NCBI GenBank assembly: GCA_017539865.1
Contig: JAFYCE010000101.1
Span: 7,089-71,088 of the forward strand
Direction: 5' to 3'
Length of the DNA: 64,000 nucleotides
Origin: Alphaproteobacteria bacterium
Lineage (GTDB): Bacteria; Pseudomonadota; Alphaproteobacteria; CAAGCB01; CAG-977
How positions within the stretch are numbered: position 1 is the first letter of the stretch; the number at the start of each line of letters is the position of its first letter. The translations under genes and the position numbers were made by a program. Under the pieces are notes generated by a model. That model ran no database searches and was not told where the DNA came from. It saw only the letters and a list, made by a program, of their open reading frames with translations. This document shows, in pieces, positions 16,579 to 27,245 of this stretch.

Positions 16579-17274
16579 TTATCGTATCGTTTCCAACAAT
16601 TTTTGATATTCCGCTTCTATTTTGTTTTTGGTTTCGTCGTCAATCGGATCGCCGACGGGAATTTTATCGGCGGCAAACATTAAAACCAAATCTTTTTCCA
16701 TATTCCGCCTTAAATCCGAAAGGTAGATTCGCTCATCGATTTTTTTGTCGGATAAGCTTTGTGAAAGGAACGTTTGAAGCTTGGCCGTATCGATCAGCGT
16801 TTCGACAAAGTTTGTATGCGCCTGTTTGTTGTTGATGCCGTCCGAATCTATGATATCGATTTCGCTTGTCAGGCGGAACAAGTCTTCAAATTCAGAAAAT
16901 TTCAGACCTTTTCCGGTTGTTTCAAAAGGATTCAGCTGTTCGTAAACGGACAAGGCGGCCAGATTGTGTTCAACAACGCTTTTTGTCAAATCATCCAGAC
17001 GGGTTAATCCGTTTTCTTCATCGAATTGATCCAGAAAAGGCTGTACTTTTTCCAAAGCTTTTTCGCACGCTGTTTTTAAATCCTTGTTTTTCGTATCCGA
17101 AAAAGTTCTGAAAAAGGAATAAAACAACGGCGCCGTTTCCGGCTCGGCGGCAATTTCTCCGTTAAGAAATTCATAAGTGTGCGTTAAGGCCTGTTCTTCC
17201 AAACCGGCTAAAGCGGCCATGTCGCCGGCATCGGAAAATTCTTTGTGCTGTTTTAAAAAAGCAATTTGATCCAT
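16579..17274 (-). CDS. Hypothetical acidic protein.
   Basis: Start re-set to MDQIAFL. Highly acidic, helical. It is 15 nt upstream of the membrane protein gene, so probably co-transcribed. Confidence 0.45.
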   Translation of the reverse strand: MDQIAFLKQHKEFSDAGDMAALAGLEEQALTHTYEFLNGEIAAEPETAPLFYSFFRTFSDTKNKDLKTACEKALEKVQPFLDQFDEENGLTRLDDLTKSVVEHNLAALSVYEQLNPFETTGKGLKFSEFEDLFRLTSEIDIIDSDGINNKQAHTNFVETLIDTAKLQTFLSQSLSDKKIDERIYLSDLRRNMEKDLVLMFAADKIPVGDPIDDETKNKIEAEYQKLLETIR

Positions 17275-17407
17275 CGGAAAAACCTGACAATAAAAAAACA
17301 CTTAATATAAAAATAGCAGATTTTCTTTTTAGAATCATTATTAAAACAGCGGATTTTATTAAAATCAAATGATAAAAAAGACTTTATGAACGGTTTTTGA
17401 AAAAACT

Positions 17408-18145
17408 TTAATAAACGACTTTTTCGAAATAGAGGCCTTCCGCCGCGGCGGTGGGGCCTCCGGCTTTACGGTCTTTGGCTTCCAGAGCGTTTATGACGTT
17501 TTGCTTCGTCCAAAGCCCTTCGCCGACCAGTTTCAGCGTGCCGACGATGTTTCTGACCTGATGGTGCAGAAAGGACCGTGCGCAGAAATAAAAGAAAACA
17601 AACTCGCCGTACCGCTCGATCCGGATTTCATCCAGCGTCTTAATCGGGGATTTGGCTTGGCAGGCGGCGGCGCGGAACGTCGAAAAATCGTGTTTGCCGA
17701 TGAGGACTTGTGCCGCGTCTTGCATTTTTTCGACATCAAGCGGCTGATGCACCCACCACATCCGGTTGACATATAACGCCGGACGGGAACGGCGGTTCAA
17801 AATCTTATAGATATAAAACCGTTTTTTCGCGTCGAAGCGGGCATGAAAGTCATCGGAAACGATTTCGGCATTCAAAACCGAAATCGGCTGAGGGCGCAAG
17901 TGGGCGTTGAACGCTTGGCAAAGCTTGAACGGTTCAAGCGTTTTCGTCGTGTCGAAATGCGCGACTTGTCCCAGAGCGTGAACGCCGGCATCCGTTCGTC
18001 CCGCACCTGTGATAAGGACGTCTTCGGCCAAGAATTTGAACGCCGCTTTTTGCAGTTCTTCCTGAATGGAGGGTGCGTCTTTTTGCTGTTGCCAACCGGC
18101 GTAATCCGTGCCGTCGTATTCGATCGTGATTTTATAACGCGGCAT
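17408..18145 (-). CDS. truA: tRNA pseudouridine(38-40) synthase TruA.
   Basis: MPRYKITIEYDGTDYAGWQ...GAGRTDAGVHA, with the catalytic Asp motif. Confidence 0.9.
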   Translation of the reverse strand: MPRYKITIEYDGTDYAGWQQQKDAPSIQEELQKAAFKFLAEDVLITGAGRTDAGVHALGQVAHFDTTKTLEPFKLCQAFNAHLRPQPISVLNAEIVSDDFHARFDAKKRFYIYKILNRRSRPALYVNRMWWVHQPLDVEKMQDAAQVLIGKHDFSTFRAAACQAKSPIKTLDEIRIERYGEFVFFYFCARSFLHHQVRNIVGTLKLVGEGLWTKQNVINALEAKDRKAGGPTAAAEGLYFEKVVY

Positions 18146-19055
18146 TCAGGACGGCTCCTTGCGGAATGTCGAAGCCCCGCAAAAATTCAGAGGCGGGCAA
18201 GGCTTTCTTTCCGTCGCGGCGCAGGACGTTTAATTTCAATCCGCCCGTTTTGCAGGCGATTGTCAGGTTTTCACAGACCGTTCCGGCCGGAGCGTTAAAC
18301 TCTTGTTCCACCGGATCGGCGTCCAGAACGGAAATGCGTTCCCCGTTATGGAAAAACCAAGCCCCCGGCCACGGTAGAAGTCCGCGAATCTTGCAGTCCA
18401 GTTCTTTGGCCGGCATATCGAAGGAAATCAGGCCTTCGTCTTTCGTGACTTTTGCCGCGTGCGTAACGCCTTCTGCCGGCTGAGGAACGGCGGTCAGTTT
18501 GCCTTGTTCAATCAGTTCCAGTCCCTCAAGCATCGTTTCAGCGCCCAACGCCGCCATTTTGTTGAAAACGGTTTCAGACGTGTCTTTCGCTTCGATAGGG
18601 AAGCTTCTTTGCAAAAGCATATCGCCGGTGTCCATGCCGACATCCATTTTCATCAGAGTGACGCCCGTTTCCCTGTCGCCGGCCATGATCGCCCGCTGAA
18701 TCGGCGCTGCGCCCCGCCAACGCGGCAACAATGAGCCGTGAATGTTGACACAGCCGTATTTGAAAGCGTCCAGACAGACTTTTGGCAGCAAAAGCCCGTA
18801 AGCGGCGACAACGGCGATATCGGCGTCCAAAGCGCAAAAGGCGTCCTTTTCCTCCTGCGGTTTCAATGTCGGCGGGCAACGGACGGGAATATTGTTTTCC
18901 TCGGCGTACTGCTGAACCGGCGACGGCGTCAGCTTATGACCTCTGCCGCTCGGTCTGGGCGGCTGAGTGTAGACGCAGACGACTTCGTGATGCTGATGCA
19001 GAGCCTTTAACGCTTCCAGAGCGAAGTCGGGCGTTCCCATAAAGACCGTTTTCAT
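18132..19055 (-). CDS. fmt: Methionyl-tRNA formyltransferase.
   Basis: MKTVFMGTPDFA...HGSLLPRWRGAAPIQ. Confidence 0.9.
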   Translation of the reverse strand: MKTVFMGTPDFALEALKALHQHHEVVCVYTQPPRPSGRGHKLTPSPVQQYAEENNIPVRCPPTLKPQEEKDAFCALDADIAVVAAYGLLLPKVCLDAFKYGCVNIHGSLLPRWRGAAPIQRAIMAGDRETGVTLMKMDVGMDTGDMLLQRSFPIEAKDTSETVFNKMAALGAETMLEGLELIEQGKLTAVPQPAEGVTHAAKVTKDEGLISFDMPAKELDCKIRGLLPWPGAWFFHNGERISVLDADPVEQEFNAPAGTVCENLTIACKTGGLKLNVLRRDGKKALPASEFLRGFDIPQGAVLNAAL

Positions 19056-19589
19056 TTATTCCTCATTTTCCGCGTGAGAATTTTTCCAGCGGCGTTCCTT
19101 TTCGACACGGCGCACGATCATGTCGCGCTTGACTTTGGACAGGTGGTCGATGAACAGCTTGCCCTCCAGATGTTCCAGCTCGTGCTGGATGCAGATGGCT
19201 AACAATCCGTCGGCGGACAGCGTTTGCTTTTTGCCGTTTTCGTCCGTGTATTCGACCGTGACGGTTTCAAAGCGTTCAACGGGCGCGTATTGTTCGGGAA
19301 CGGACAGACAGCCTTCGTCATGCATAAGCGTTTCTTCGGAATGTCCGGTAATGACCGGATTGATCATTTTATACGGATGTTTCGGTTCGTTGTCCCGCGT
19401 AACGTCGATAACGACGATCCGTTTTAAAATTCCGACTTGCGGCGCGGCCACTCCGACCCCCGGCGCGTCATACATCGTTTCCAGCATGTCGTTCATTAAC
19501 CGGCGCATTTCGTCCGTCACTTCCGCGACGGGAGCGCATTTCTTTTTCAAAATCGGGTTCGGAACCTCTAAAATCTTCAATAAAGCCAT
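19056..19589 (-). CDS. def: Peptide deformylase.
   Basis: GVGVAAPQVG, EGCLSVP and HELEHLEG motifs. Confidence 0.9.
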   Translation of the reverse strand: MALLKILEVPNPILKKKCAPVAEVTDEMRRLMNDMLETMYDAPGVGVAAPQVGILKRIVVIDVTRDNEPKHPYKMINPVITGHSEETLMHDEGCLSVPEQYAPVERFETVTVEYTDENGKKQTLSADGLLAICIQHELEHLEGKLFIDHLSKVKRDMIVRRVEKERRWKNSHAENEE

Positions 19590-19757
19590 AGCCTTTTCCT
19601 TTATTCGTTTCCTTTTTAAATACGGTTTTTGACGGGACAGGTCAACACTTCGTATAAATATTTTATTCTAAAGTGTAAAAAAAGGTGTTTCCGGACGAAA
19701 TTTGCGCTATAAATCAAGCCGACAGGATTTAACTTTTAACCACAGGATACAAAGCTT

Positions 19758-22394
19758 ATGATGACTACCGGCGAAATTCGGCGCATTTTTTTGGACTATT
19801 TCCGCAAAAACGACCACGAGATCGTGCCGTCCAGTTCTTTGGTGCCGCACAACGACCCGACTTTGATGTTTACCAATTCCGGCATGGTGCAATTTAAAAA
19901 CATCTTTACGGGCATGGAAAAAAGGCCGTACGTCCGCGCCGCTTCCGACCAGAAGTGCGTGCGCGCCGGCGGAAAGCATAACGATTTGGACAATGTCGGC
20001 TATACCGTGCGCCACCACACGTTTTTTGAAATGCTCGGGAACTGGAGTTTCGGCGACTATTTCAAAGAACAGGCGATTTATTACGCGTGGAACGTCGTGA
20101 CAAAGGAATTCGGCCTGCCGAAGGAAAAGCTGACGGCAACGGTTTACCATACCGATGACGAAGCATTCAATTTATGGAAAAAAATCGCCGGTCTGCCTGA
20201 TGAACGCATCATCCGCATTCCGACGAAGGACAATTTCTGGTCGATGGGCGATACGGGGCCGTGCGGGCCTTGTTCCGAAATCTTTTACGACCATGGCGAA
20301 CATATTCAGGGCGGGCCTCCGGGATCTCCCGACGAGGACGGCGACCGGTTCGTCGAAATCTGGAATCTGGTGTTCATGCAGAACGAACAGCTGGCGGACG
20401 GCCGTTTGATTGATCTGCCTCATCCCTGTATCGACACCGGCATGGGGCTGGAACGTATGGCGGCGGTCATGCTCGGCACGAACGACAACTATGAAACAGA
20501 CGTGCTGAAGGGGCTGATCAACGCGGCCGCGGGAACGGCGGGAGTCGAACCCTACGGCGAATTCAAAACATCGTTGAGAATCATTGCCGACCATTTGCGT
20601 TCCTCCTGCTTCCTGATCGCGGACGGCGTTCTGCCGTCGAACGAAGGGCGCGGCTATGTTCTGCGCCGCATTATGCGCCGCGCGATGCGTCACGCGCACA
20701 TGATGGGATGTCAGGAACCTCTTATGTGGCGGCTGGTGCCGGCTTTGGTGCGGTATATGGGCGACGTGTTCCCCGAACTGATCCGCGCCGAAGCTTTGAT
20801 GACCGAAACCTTGCGTCTGGAGGAAACGCGCTTTAAGGAAACGTTGGGACGCGGTCTGAAGCTGCTGGATGCGGAAACGGGCAAGCTCGGCGAAAACGGT
20901 GTTCTGTCCGGCGATATCGCGTTCAGACTGTATGACACTTACGGTTTTCCGTTGGATTTGACGCAGGACGTTTTGCGCGGCAAGCATATGACAGTTGATA
21001 CAAAAGGCTTTGAGGCCGCGATGGAACGGCAGAAAGCCGAAGCGCGCAAGGCGTGGGCCGGTTCCGGTGAAGCGGCGACCGACGCCGTCTGGTTTGAAGT
21101 CAAGGAAAAAGTCCACGGTACGGAATTCTTGGGATATGACATGACGCAGGCCGAAGGGCAGATCGTTTCTTTGCTGGTTGACGGCAAAATCGTCGATTCC
21201 ATCGCCGAAGGACAAAAAGCGGCCGTTATCACGAATCAGACGCCGTTTTACGGTGAATCCGGCGGTCAGGTCGGCGATACGGGAACGATCGCGATCGCCG
21301 ATTCCGTTTTGTTCGACGTCGAAGACACGCAGAAGAAAGTCGGGGACCTGTTCATTCATCTGGGGACTTTGAAGAAAGGTGCTTTGAAGGTCGGACAGAA
21401 CGTTTTGATGACCGTTGACGAAGAACGTCGGGCGGCGACGGCGCGTCATCACTCGGTTACGCACTTGCTGCAGGCGGCTTTGCGCAAGATTTTGGGCGAA
21501 CACGTTACGCAGAAGGGCTCTTCGGTGCGCCCCGACGGGATGCGTTTCGACTTCTCCCAGCCGCGGCAAATTACGTTTGAGGAATTGCGGCAGGTGGAAA
21601 ATGAAGTCAACCGCAATATTTTGAAAAATTTGGAAGTCACGACGCGCCTGATGTCGCCTGAAACGGCGGTCAAGGACGGCGCGATGGCTCTGTTCGGCGA
21701 AAAATACGGCGACGAAGTCCGCGTTGTGTCGATGGGCGCCGGAGAAGACCGCGTTTCCGTCGAACTGTGCGGCGGGACGCACGTCAAACGCACGGGCGAC
21801 ATCGGTTCCTTCCGCATCGTTTCCGAAAGCGCTTTGGCGGCGGGCGTCCGCCGTATCGAGGCTCTGACCGGTCTGGCGGCGTTGGAATATGCTCAAAAAC
21901 GCGATGATTTGTTGGCGCAGACGGCTGAAATGTTGAAAGCCTCTATCGCGGACATTCCGGCGCGTGTTCAGAGCGTGATTGACGAACGCAAAAAGTTGGA
22001 ACGCGAATTGTCCGATACGCGTAAAAAATTGGCGGTCGGCGGCGCTTCCGGCGCGCAGGCGACAAAACAGATCAACGGCATTTCCTTTATCGGCCGCGAG
22101 CTGAAAGATGTTCCCGCCAAGGAATTAAAAGGCATGGCGGACGAAATGAAAAAGCAGATCGGTTCGGGCGTTGTCGCTTTGACGTGCGTTGCGGACGGAA
22201 AAGTGTCTGTCGTTGTTGGTGTAACGAACGATCTTACATCAAAGATCAATGCGGTCGATTTGGTGCGCATCGGCGCGGCGGCGGCCGGCGGAAAAGGCGG
22301 CGGCGGCCGTCCCGATATGGCGCAGGCCGGCGGTTCCGACGCGTCTAAAACGGCGCAAGTGTTGGCCGAAATCGAAAAAGCGCTGGGAGCTTAG
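19758..22394 (+). CDS. alaS: Alanine--tRNA ligase.
   Basis: 878 aa. N-terminal class II motifs ([25 protein letters not shown]) and C-terminal HSVTHLL..CGGTHV editing/DHHA1 regions. Confidence 0.95.
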   Translation: MMTTGEIRRIFLDYFRKNDHEIVPSSSLVPHNDPTLMFTNSGMVQFKNIFTGMEKRPYVRAASDQKCVRAGGKHNDLDNVGYTVRHHTFFEMLGNWSFGDYFKEQAIYYAWNVVTKEFGLPKEKLTATVYHTDDEAFNLWKKIAGLPDERIIRIPTKDNFWSMGDTGPCGPCSEIFYDHGEHIQGGPPGSPDEDGDRFVEIWNLVFMQNEQLADGRLIDLPHPCIDTGMGLERMAAVMLGTNDNYETDVLKGLINAAAGTAGVEPYGEFKTSLRIIADHLRSSCFLIADGVLPSNEGRGYVLRRIMRRAMRHAHMMGCQEPLMWRLVPALVRYMGDVFPELIRAEALMTETLRLEETRFKETLGRGLKLLDAETGKLGENGVLSGDIAFRLYDTYGFPLDLTQDVLRGKHMTVDTKGFEAAMERQKAEARKAWAGSGEAATDAVWFEVKEKVHGTEFLGYDMTQAEGQIVSLLVDGKIVDSIAEGQKAAVITNQTPFYGESGGQVGDTGTIAIADSVLFDVEDTQKKVGDLFIHLGTLKKGALKVGQNVLMTVDEERRAATARHHSVTHLLQAALRKILGEHVTQKGSSVRPDGMRFDFSQPRQITFEELRQVENEVNRNILKNLEVTTRLMSPETAVKDGAMALFGEKYGDEVRVVSMGAGEDRVSVELCGGTHVKRTGDIGSFRIVSESALAAGVRRIEALTGLAALEYAQKRDDLLAQTAEMLKASIADIPARVQSVIDERKKLERELSDTRKKLAVGGASGAQATKQINGISFIGRELKDVPAKELKGMADEMKKQIGSGVVALTCVADGKVSVVVGVTNDLTSKINAVDLVRIGAAAAGGKGGGGRPDMAQAGGSDASKTAQVLAEIEKALGA

Positions 22395-22397
22395 CCG

Positions 22398-23477
22398 ATG
22401 ACACCGGAACAGGCGGGGGCGTTTTTAACAGTCGACCTGAATAAAATCGCCAACAATTGGCGGAAAATGCAGGCTAAGGTCGGCGATAAAAGGCAGGTGG
22501 CGGCGGTTCTGAAAACGGATGCTTACGGTCTGGGGGCGGAACGGGTCGGACGGGCTTTGTATGAAGCCGGATGCCGCGTGTTCTTTACGGCGTATGTCTT
22601 TGAGGGGATTGCTTTAAGGGAAGTCGCGCCCGAAGCCGACATCTACGTTCTGCATGGCGTTTTGCCGCATACGGAGCTGGATTTTCTGAAATATAATCTG
22701 ATTCCCGTATTGTCCACGCCGCGGCAGGTCGCCGATTGGAATCATCTGGGGCATAAGGAGGACATCGTTTTGCCCGCCGCTTTGCACGTCGATACGGGCA
22801 TGACCCGTTTGGGATTGACGGCGGGACAGATTGACTCGCTGGGAAAAAATCCGGATCAGTGCAAGTATCTGAACGTCAAACTGGTTGTCAGCCACTTGGC
22901 GTGCGCGGACGATCCCGACAACGGGATGAATGCGGAACAGCTTGAAAAGTTTGAAACCGCTTGCGCCAAACTGCGCCGGATTCTGCCGGACGACTTTAAG
23001 GAAAGTCTGTCCGCGACGGACGGATGCCGCTTGGACGACGAACGGTTTTACAGGGATGTCGTGCGGCCGGGGATAGCCTTGTATGACGGTGCGCTTTCTC
23101 TAGAGGTCAAGATTCTGCAAATTCAGGATGTTCAGGTAGGGCAGACGGTCGGATACGGGGCGACGCACATTTTTACGAAAAAATCCCGTGTCGCGACGTT
23201 GGGGATTGGCTATGGAGACGGGTTGCCCCGAAGCCTGTCGAATAAAGGCTATGTTCTGATTGCGGGGCATCAAGCGCCGATCGTCGGGCGGATTTCAATG
23301 GATTTGACGACGGTTGACGTGACGGATATCGACGTTAAGGAATTGCAGCAGGCTCCGATGGCGGAGATTTTCGGCGAGGACTTGCCGTTAAAAGACGTTG
23401 CAAACATCGCCGGAACGATAGACTATGAAATGTTGACAAACTTGAGTAAGCGGTTTTTCCGCATTTATTTGGATTGA
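22398..23477 (+). CDS. alr: Alanine racemase.
   Basis: AVLKTDAYGLG (PLP-Lys region), SHLACAD, GYGDG, GRISMD. Confidence 0.85.
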   Translation: MTPEQAGAFLTVDLNKIANNWRKMQAKVGDKRQVAAVLKTDAYGLGAERVGRALYEAGCRVFFTAYVFEGIALREVAPEADIYVLHGVLPHTELDFLKYNLIPVLSTPRQVADWNHLGHKEDIVLPAALHVDTGMTRLGLTAGQIDSLGKNPDQCKYLNVKLVVSHLACADDPDNGMNAEQLEKFETACAKLRRILPDDFKESLSATDGCRLDDERFYRDVVRPGIALYDGALSLEVKILQIQDVQVGQTVGYGATHIFTKKSRVATLGIGYGDGLPRSLSNKGYVLIAGHQAPIVGRISMDLTTVDVTDIDVKELQQAPMAEIFGEDLPLKDVANIAGTIDYEMLTNLSKRFFRIYLD

Positions 23478-24265
23478 TGAAAGGCGGTCGAATGAATATT
23501 TTTGCTCCCGTCGGACGGGTGTTTTTAAACTTTTTGCGTTCAACCGGACGGCTGACGATTTTCACGTTGAAGTCCCTGTCGTTTTGCGTGCGACCGCCGT
23601 TCTATTTCAGAACGCTGTTTTCCCAAATGGTCGAAATCGGCTTTTATTCCCTGCCGGTTGTCGCTTTGACGACAATGTTTTCCGGTATGGTCATCGCTTT
23701 GCAAAGCTATTCGGGGTTGTCGACTTTGTCTTCCGAAGGGGTTGTCGCTTCCGTTGTCGAGTTGACCGTCACCCGCGAGTTGGGGCCCGTGTTGGCGGCT
23801 TTGATGGTCGCCGGACGAGTCGGGGCGGCGATGGCGGCGGAATTGGGCACGATGCGCGTGACCGAACAGATCGACGCGTTGACGACTCTTTCCACCAATC
23901 CGTTCAAGTATCTGGTCGTTCCCAGAATTTTGGCGGGCATTATCATGTTGCCCGTTCTGGTGCTGATCGGCGATGTCATCGGGATTTACGGCGGTTATCT
24001 GATTTGCATTTACAAATTGGACTTCAATATGACGAACTATCTGCGTAATACGTGGAACTTCATGCAGTCGGTCGATATTATTTCCGGCATGACCAAAGCG
24101 GCGGTGTTCGGGTTTATCGTCACATTGATGGGATGCTATAACGGCTTTTATTCCAAAGGCGGCGCGGAAGGCGTCGGTAAGGCGACGACGAATGCCGTGG
24201 TTTCGTCTTCGATTTTGATTTTGATCAGCAACTATATGCTGACCGAACTGTTCTTTTCCAAATAG
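23477..24265 (+). CDS. mlaE: ABC transporter permease MlaE.
   Basis: TRELGPVLAALMVAGRVG and MRVTEQIDAL signatures. TGATG overlap with alr. Confidence 0.8.
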   Translation: MKGGRMNIFAPVGRVFLNFLRSTGRLTIFTLKSLSFCVRPPFYFRTLFSQMVEIGFYSLPVVALTTMFSGMVIALQSYSGLSTLSSEGVVASVVELTVTRELGPVLAALMVAGRVGAAMAAELGTMRVTEQIDALTTLSTNPFKYLVVPRILAGIIMLPVLVLIGDVIGIYGGYLICIYKLDFNMTNYLRNTWNFMQSVDIISGMTKAAVFGFIVTLMGCYNGFYSKGGAEGVGKATTNAVVSSSILILISNYMLTELFFSK

Positions 24266-24274
24266 GAGGCGGCT

Positions 24275-25048
24275 ATGACGGATGAAATCAAAGTCAAAAT
24301 GACGGACGTGCATAAGGCTTTCGGCAGGAAAGTCGTTCTGGACGGCGTCAATCTGGAAGTCAAAAAAGGCGAATCCCTTGTCATCATCGGCGGGTCGGGT
24401 ACGGGAAAATCCGTGACGATCAAGTGCATTCAAGGCTTGTTGACACCCGATTCCGGTTCGATCCAAGTCGATGGAAAAGAAATCGTCGGCATGAACGCCA
24501 AAGAACTGGAACGCGTGAACGCGCAGACGGGAATGTTGTTTCAGGGGGCGGCTCTGTTCGACAGTTTGAATATCTGGGAAAACGTGGCGTTCGGCCTGAT
24601 TCAGGGCAAAAAGATGAAGCGCGCCGAAGCGAAGGAAATCGCAATTAAGAAGCTGGCGCAAGTCGGTTTGAGCGCTGATGTCGGAATGCTGTATCCCGAT
24701 GAAGTGTCGGGCGGCATGAAAAAGCGTGTCGGGTTGGCGCGGGCGATCGCTTCGGATCCCGAATTGATTTTCTTTGACGAACCGACGACGGGGCTTGATC
24801 CGATCATGTCGGATGTCATTAACGATTTGATTCGTTCCTGTGTCAAGGACTTGGGCGCGACGGGCATTACGATTACGCACGACATGTCTTCCGTGCGTAA
24901 AATCGCCGATAAAGTCGCCATGCTGTATAAAGGCAAAATCATTTGGTACGGGAACGTTGCCGATATCGATCATTCGGATAATCCGTATGTTGAACAATTC
25001 ATCAACGGTCGGGCGGAGGGGCCCATTCAAATGGAAATTCGGGGATAA
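24275..25048 (+). CDS. mlaF: ABC transporter ATP-binding protein MlaF.
   Basis: Walker A GGSGTGKS, LSGGMKKRVGLARA signature, Walker B IFFDEPTTGLD. Confidence 0.85.
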   Translation: MTDEIKVKMTDVHKAFGRKVVLDGVNLEVKKGESLVIIGGSGTGKSVTIKCIQGLLTPDSGSIQVDGKEIVGMNAKELERVNAQTGMLFQGAALFDSLNIWENVAFGLIQGKKMKRAEAKEIAIKKLAQVGLSADVGMLYPDEVSGGMKKRVGLARAIASDPELIFFDEPTTGLDPIMSDVINDLIRSCVKDLGATGITITHDMSSVRKIADKVAMLYKGKIIWYGNVADIDHSDNPYVEQFINGRAEGPIQMEIRG

Positions 25049-26457
25049 TGGCAAAGAGCGCGGCCAGATTTGTCTGTCAAAGCTGCGGCGCAATATATCC
25101 GCGTTGGGCGGGGCGTTGCGAAGCTTGCGGCGAATGGAATACGATCATCGAGGAGGAAACCGCTGCGGCGGCCGCGCCGAAAGCAACCGGCGGCAAAGGC
25201 GGACGGACGATTAATTTTGTCAGTCTGGACGGCGTGCCGGAAACGACTTTCCGGCTGAAATCGGGGATTAAAGAGCTTGACCGCGTCTGCGGCGGCGGAC
25301 TTGTCGCCGGTTCCGTCCTGTTGATCGGCGGCGATCCGGGGATAGGAAAGTCAACGCTTTTATTGCAGGTGACAGCGGCGTTGTCAGCCGTCTGCAATAT
25401 TAAAGGCGCGCCGGTTCGCTGTGTTTATATCTCGGGTGAAGAATCCGTCGATCAGGTGCGTCTGCGCGCCGCCCGTCTGGGATTGGCAAAAGCGAATGTC
25501 GAGCTTGCAACCGCGATGAACGTGCGCGATATCGTCGCCACTTTGGATTCGGGGGAGGCGCCCGATGTCGTCGTGATCGATTCAATTCAAACGATGTTTG
25601 TCGATACGATGGATTCCGCCCCCGGAACGGTCGGACAAGTCCGCGCTTGCGGCAACGAATTGATAAGACTGGCAAAACGGCGCGGTTTCGCGCTGTTTCT
25701 GGTCAGCCACGTTACGAAAGAAGGGACATTGGCAGGGCCTCGCGTTCTGGAACATATGGTCGATACGGTGCTTTATTTTGAAGGCGACAGAGGTCATCAC
25801 TTCCGTATTTTGCGCGGCGTGAAGAACCGCTTCGGCGCGACGGATGAAATCGGCGTTTTCGAAATGACCGAAAGAGGATTGGTTGAAGTTCCGAATCCGT
25901 CCGCTTTGTTTCTGGCGGAACGGCGGGGCAATGTGACAGGTAGCTGCGTTTATGCGGGGATCGAAGGATCGCGTCCGATGCTGGTCGAAATTCAGGCGCT
26001 TGTCGCACCGGCGGGAACGTCGCCCAGACGTGCGGTGGTCGGTTGGGATTCTTCGCGTCTGGCAATGGTTTTGGCGGTGTTGGAAGCCCGATGCGGTCTG
26101 CCGATGTCGACAAAGGACATTTATTTGAACGTGGCAGGCGGTTTAAGGATTACCGAACCGGCGGCGGATCTGGCGGTGGCGGCGGCGTTGCTGTCGTCCG
26201 TGTCGCAGATTCCCGTTCCGGCGGATGCCGTTATTTTCGGTGAAGTCGGTCTTTCCGGCGAAATTCGCGCCGTGCCGCAGCCGGATTTAAGGTTAAAGGA
26301 GGCTTCGAAGCTTGGTTTCGCCCGCGCGTTGATTCCGCCGCGCCATGTTAATAAAAAATCAGTAAAAGAAGCGGATACTGTTTTAAGATTAAGTGAAATC
26401 GGACATTTAAAAACATTGTTGGATATGTTTGGTTTGTCGGATAAACGGGATTCTTGA
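25048..26457 (+). CDS. radA: DNA repair protein RadA/Sms.
   Basis: N-terminal zinc finger CQSCGAIYPRWAGRCEACGEW, Walker A GDPGIGKST, Lon-like C-terminal domain. TAATG overlap with mlaF. Confidence 0.9.
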   Translation: MAKSAARFVCQSCGAIYPRWAGRCEACGEWNTIIEEETAAAAAPKATGGKGGRTINFVSLDGVPETTFRLKSGIKELDRVCGGGLVAGSVLLIGGDPGIGKSTLLLQVTAALSAVCNIKGAPVRCVYISGEESVDQVRLRAARLGLAKANVELATAMNVRDIVATLDSGEAPDVVVIDSIQTMFVDTMDSAPGTVGQVRACGNELIRLAKRRGFALFLVSHVTKEGTLAGPRVLEHMVDTVLYFEGDRGHHFRILRGVKNRFGATDEIGVFEMTERGLVEVPNPSALFLAERRGNVTGSCVYAGIEGSRPMLVEIQALVAPAGTSPRRAVVGWDSSRLAMVLAVLEARCGLPMSTKDIYLNVAGGLRITEPAADLAVAAALLSSVSQIPVPADAVIFGEVGLSGEIRAVPQPDLRLKEASKLGFARALIPPRHVNKKSVKEADTVLRLSEIGHLKTLLDMFGLSDKRDS

Positions 26458-26458
26458 A

Positions 26459-27238
26459 ATGGAAAATATTTGCGGTGTTGACATATTTATTGCTGTCGTT
26501 TTGGCCGTTTCCGCCGTATTGTCTTTTTTCCGCGGCTTTGCCAGCGAAATGTTGGGGGTCGGTTCATGGATTGTTTCGGGAGTCGCCGGTTTTTACGCAA
26601 TGCCGTATCTGGAACCGTTTATGCTGAAATACGTTCACAAGCCGTTATTCGCCAATCTGATTTCTTTGACGGTTGTTGCCGTTGCGACATTAGTCGTTTT
26701 GACAATCGTTTGCTCTAAAATCACGGGTAAAGTACGCAAAAGCGTTTTGAATCGCCTTGATCATTTTCTGGGCTTTATTTTCGGCGGACTTCGCGGCGTC
26801 GTCATTCTGGTTTTGATTTACTTTCTGATGATGACGCTGGCACCGAAAAATTTGGAACAGATACAGAAAAAAAGCAAGGCGTTTCCTTATTTGGAACGCG
26901 TGACCGAAAGCGTCAAAGAGCATTTGCCCGAATCCTTATTTGACAATCCGACCAAGCCGGAGGATAAAAAGTCTGACGAAATCGAAGAGTTGATTGAAAA
27001 ACTGAACACTTCCCCTCAAAAGAAAAACAAAAAAACGACAAAAGAGTCCCCTCAAAAGCAGGAAGAGAAACCGGTTGATCCTGAAAAGAAAAACGATTTG
27101 TTCGAAGCTCTGAATGATCCGCAGGTGGAGGAAAAATCTGTTGATTCCGAAAAGCAAGGCTATAATAAAAAAGAACGCGAACAACTGGATAAACTGTTTC
27201 TGGAAAGTATCGAAGAAGCGGATTCTGTCGCGGATTGA
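26459..27238 (+). CDS. cvpA: CvpA (colicin V production) family membrane protein with a Lys/Glu-rich C-terminal tail.
   Basis: Four TM helices typical of CvpA in the first 170 aa, then about 90 aa of charged low-complexity. Confidence 0.7.
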   Translation: MENICGVDIFIAVVLAVSAVLSFFRGFASEMLGVGSWIVSGVAGFYAMPYLEPFMLKYVHKPLFANLISLTVVAVATLVVLTIVCSKITGKVRKSVLNRLDHFLGFIFGGLRGVVILVLIYFLMMTLAPKNLEQIQKKSKAFPYLERVTESVKEHLPESLFDNPTKPEDKKSDEIEELIEKLNTSPQKKNKKTTKESPQKQEEKPVDPEKKNDLFEALNDPQVEEKSVDSEKQGYNKKEREQLDKLFLESIEEADSVAD

Positions 27239-27245
27239 CGGATAA

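Noticed and set aside
20172-21896. A 574-aa minus-strand ORF inside alaS.
   Set aside because: Antisense to a confidently identified, highly conserved gene. Arg/Ala-rich translation typical of GC-rich antisense frames; no RBS.
23540-25093. A 517-aa minus-strand ORF spanning mlaE/mlaF.
   Set aside because: Antisense to two conserved ABC transporter genes. Arg-rich junk composition.
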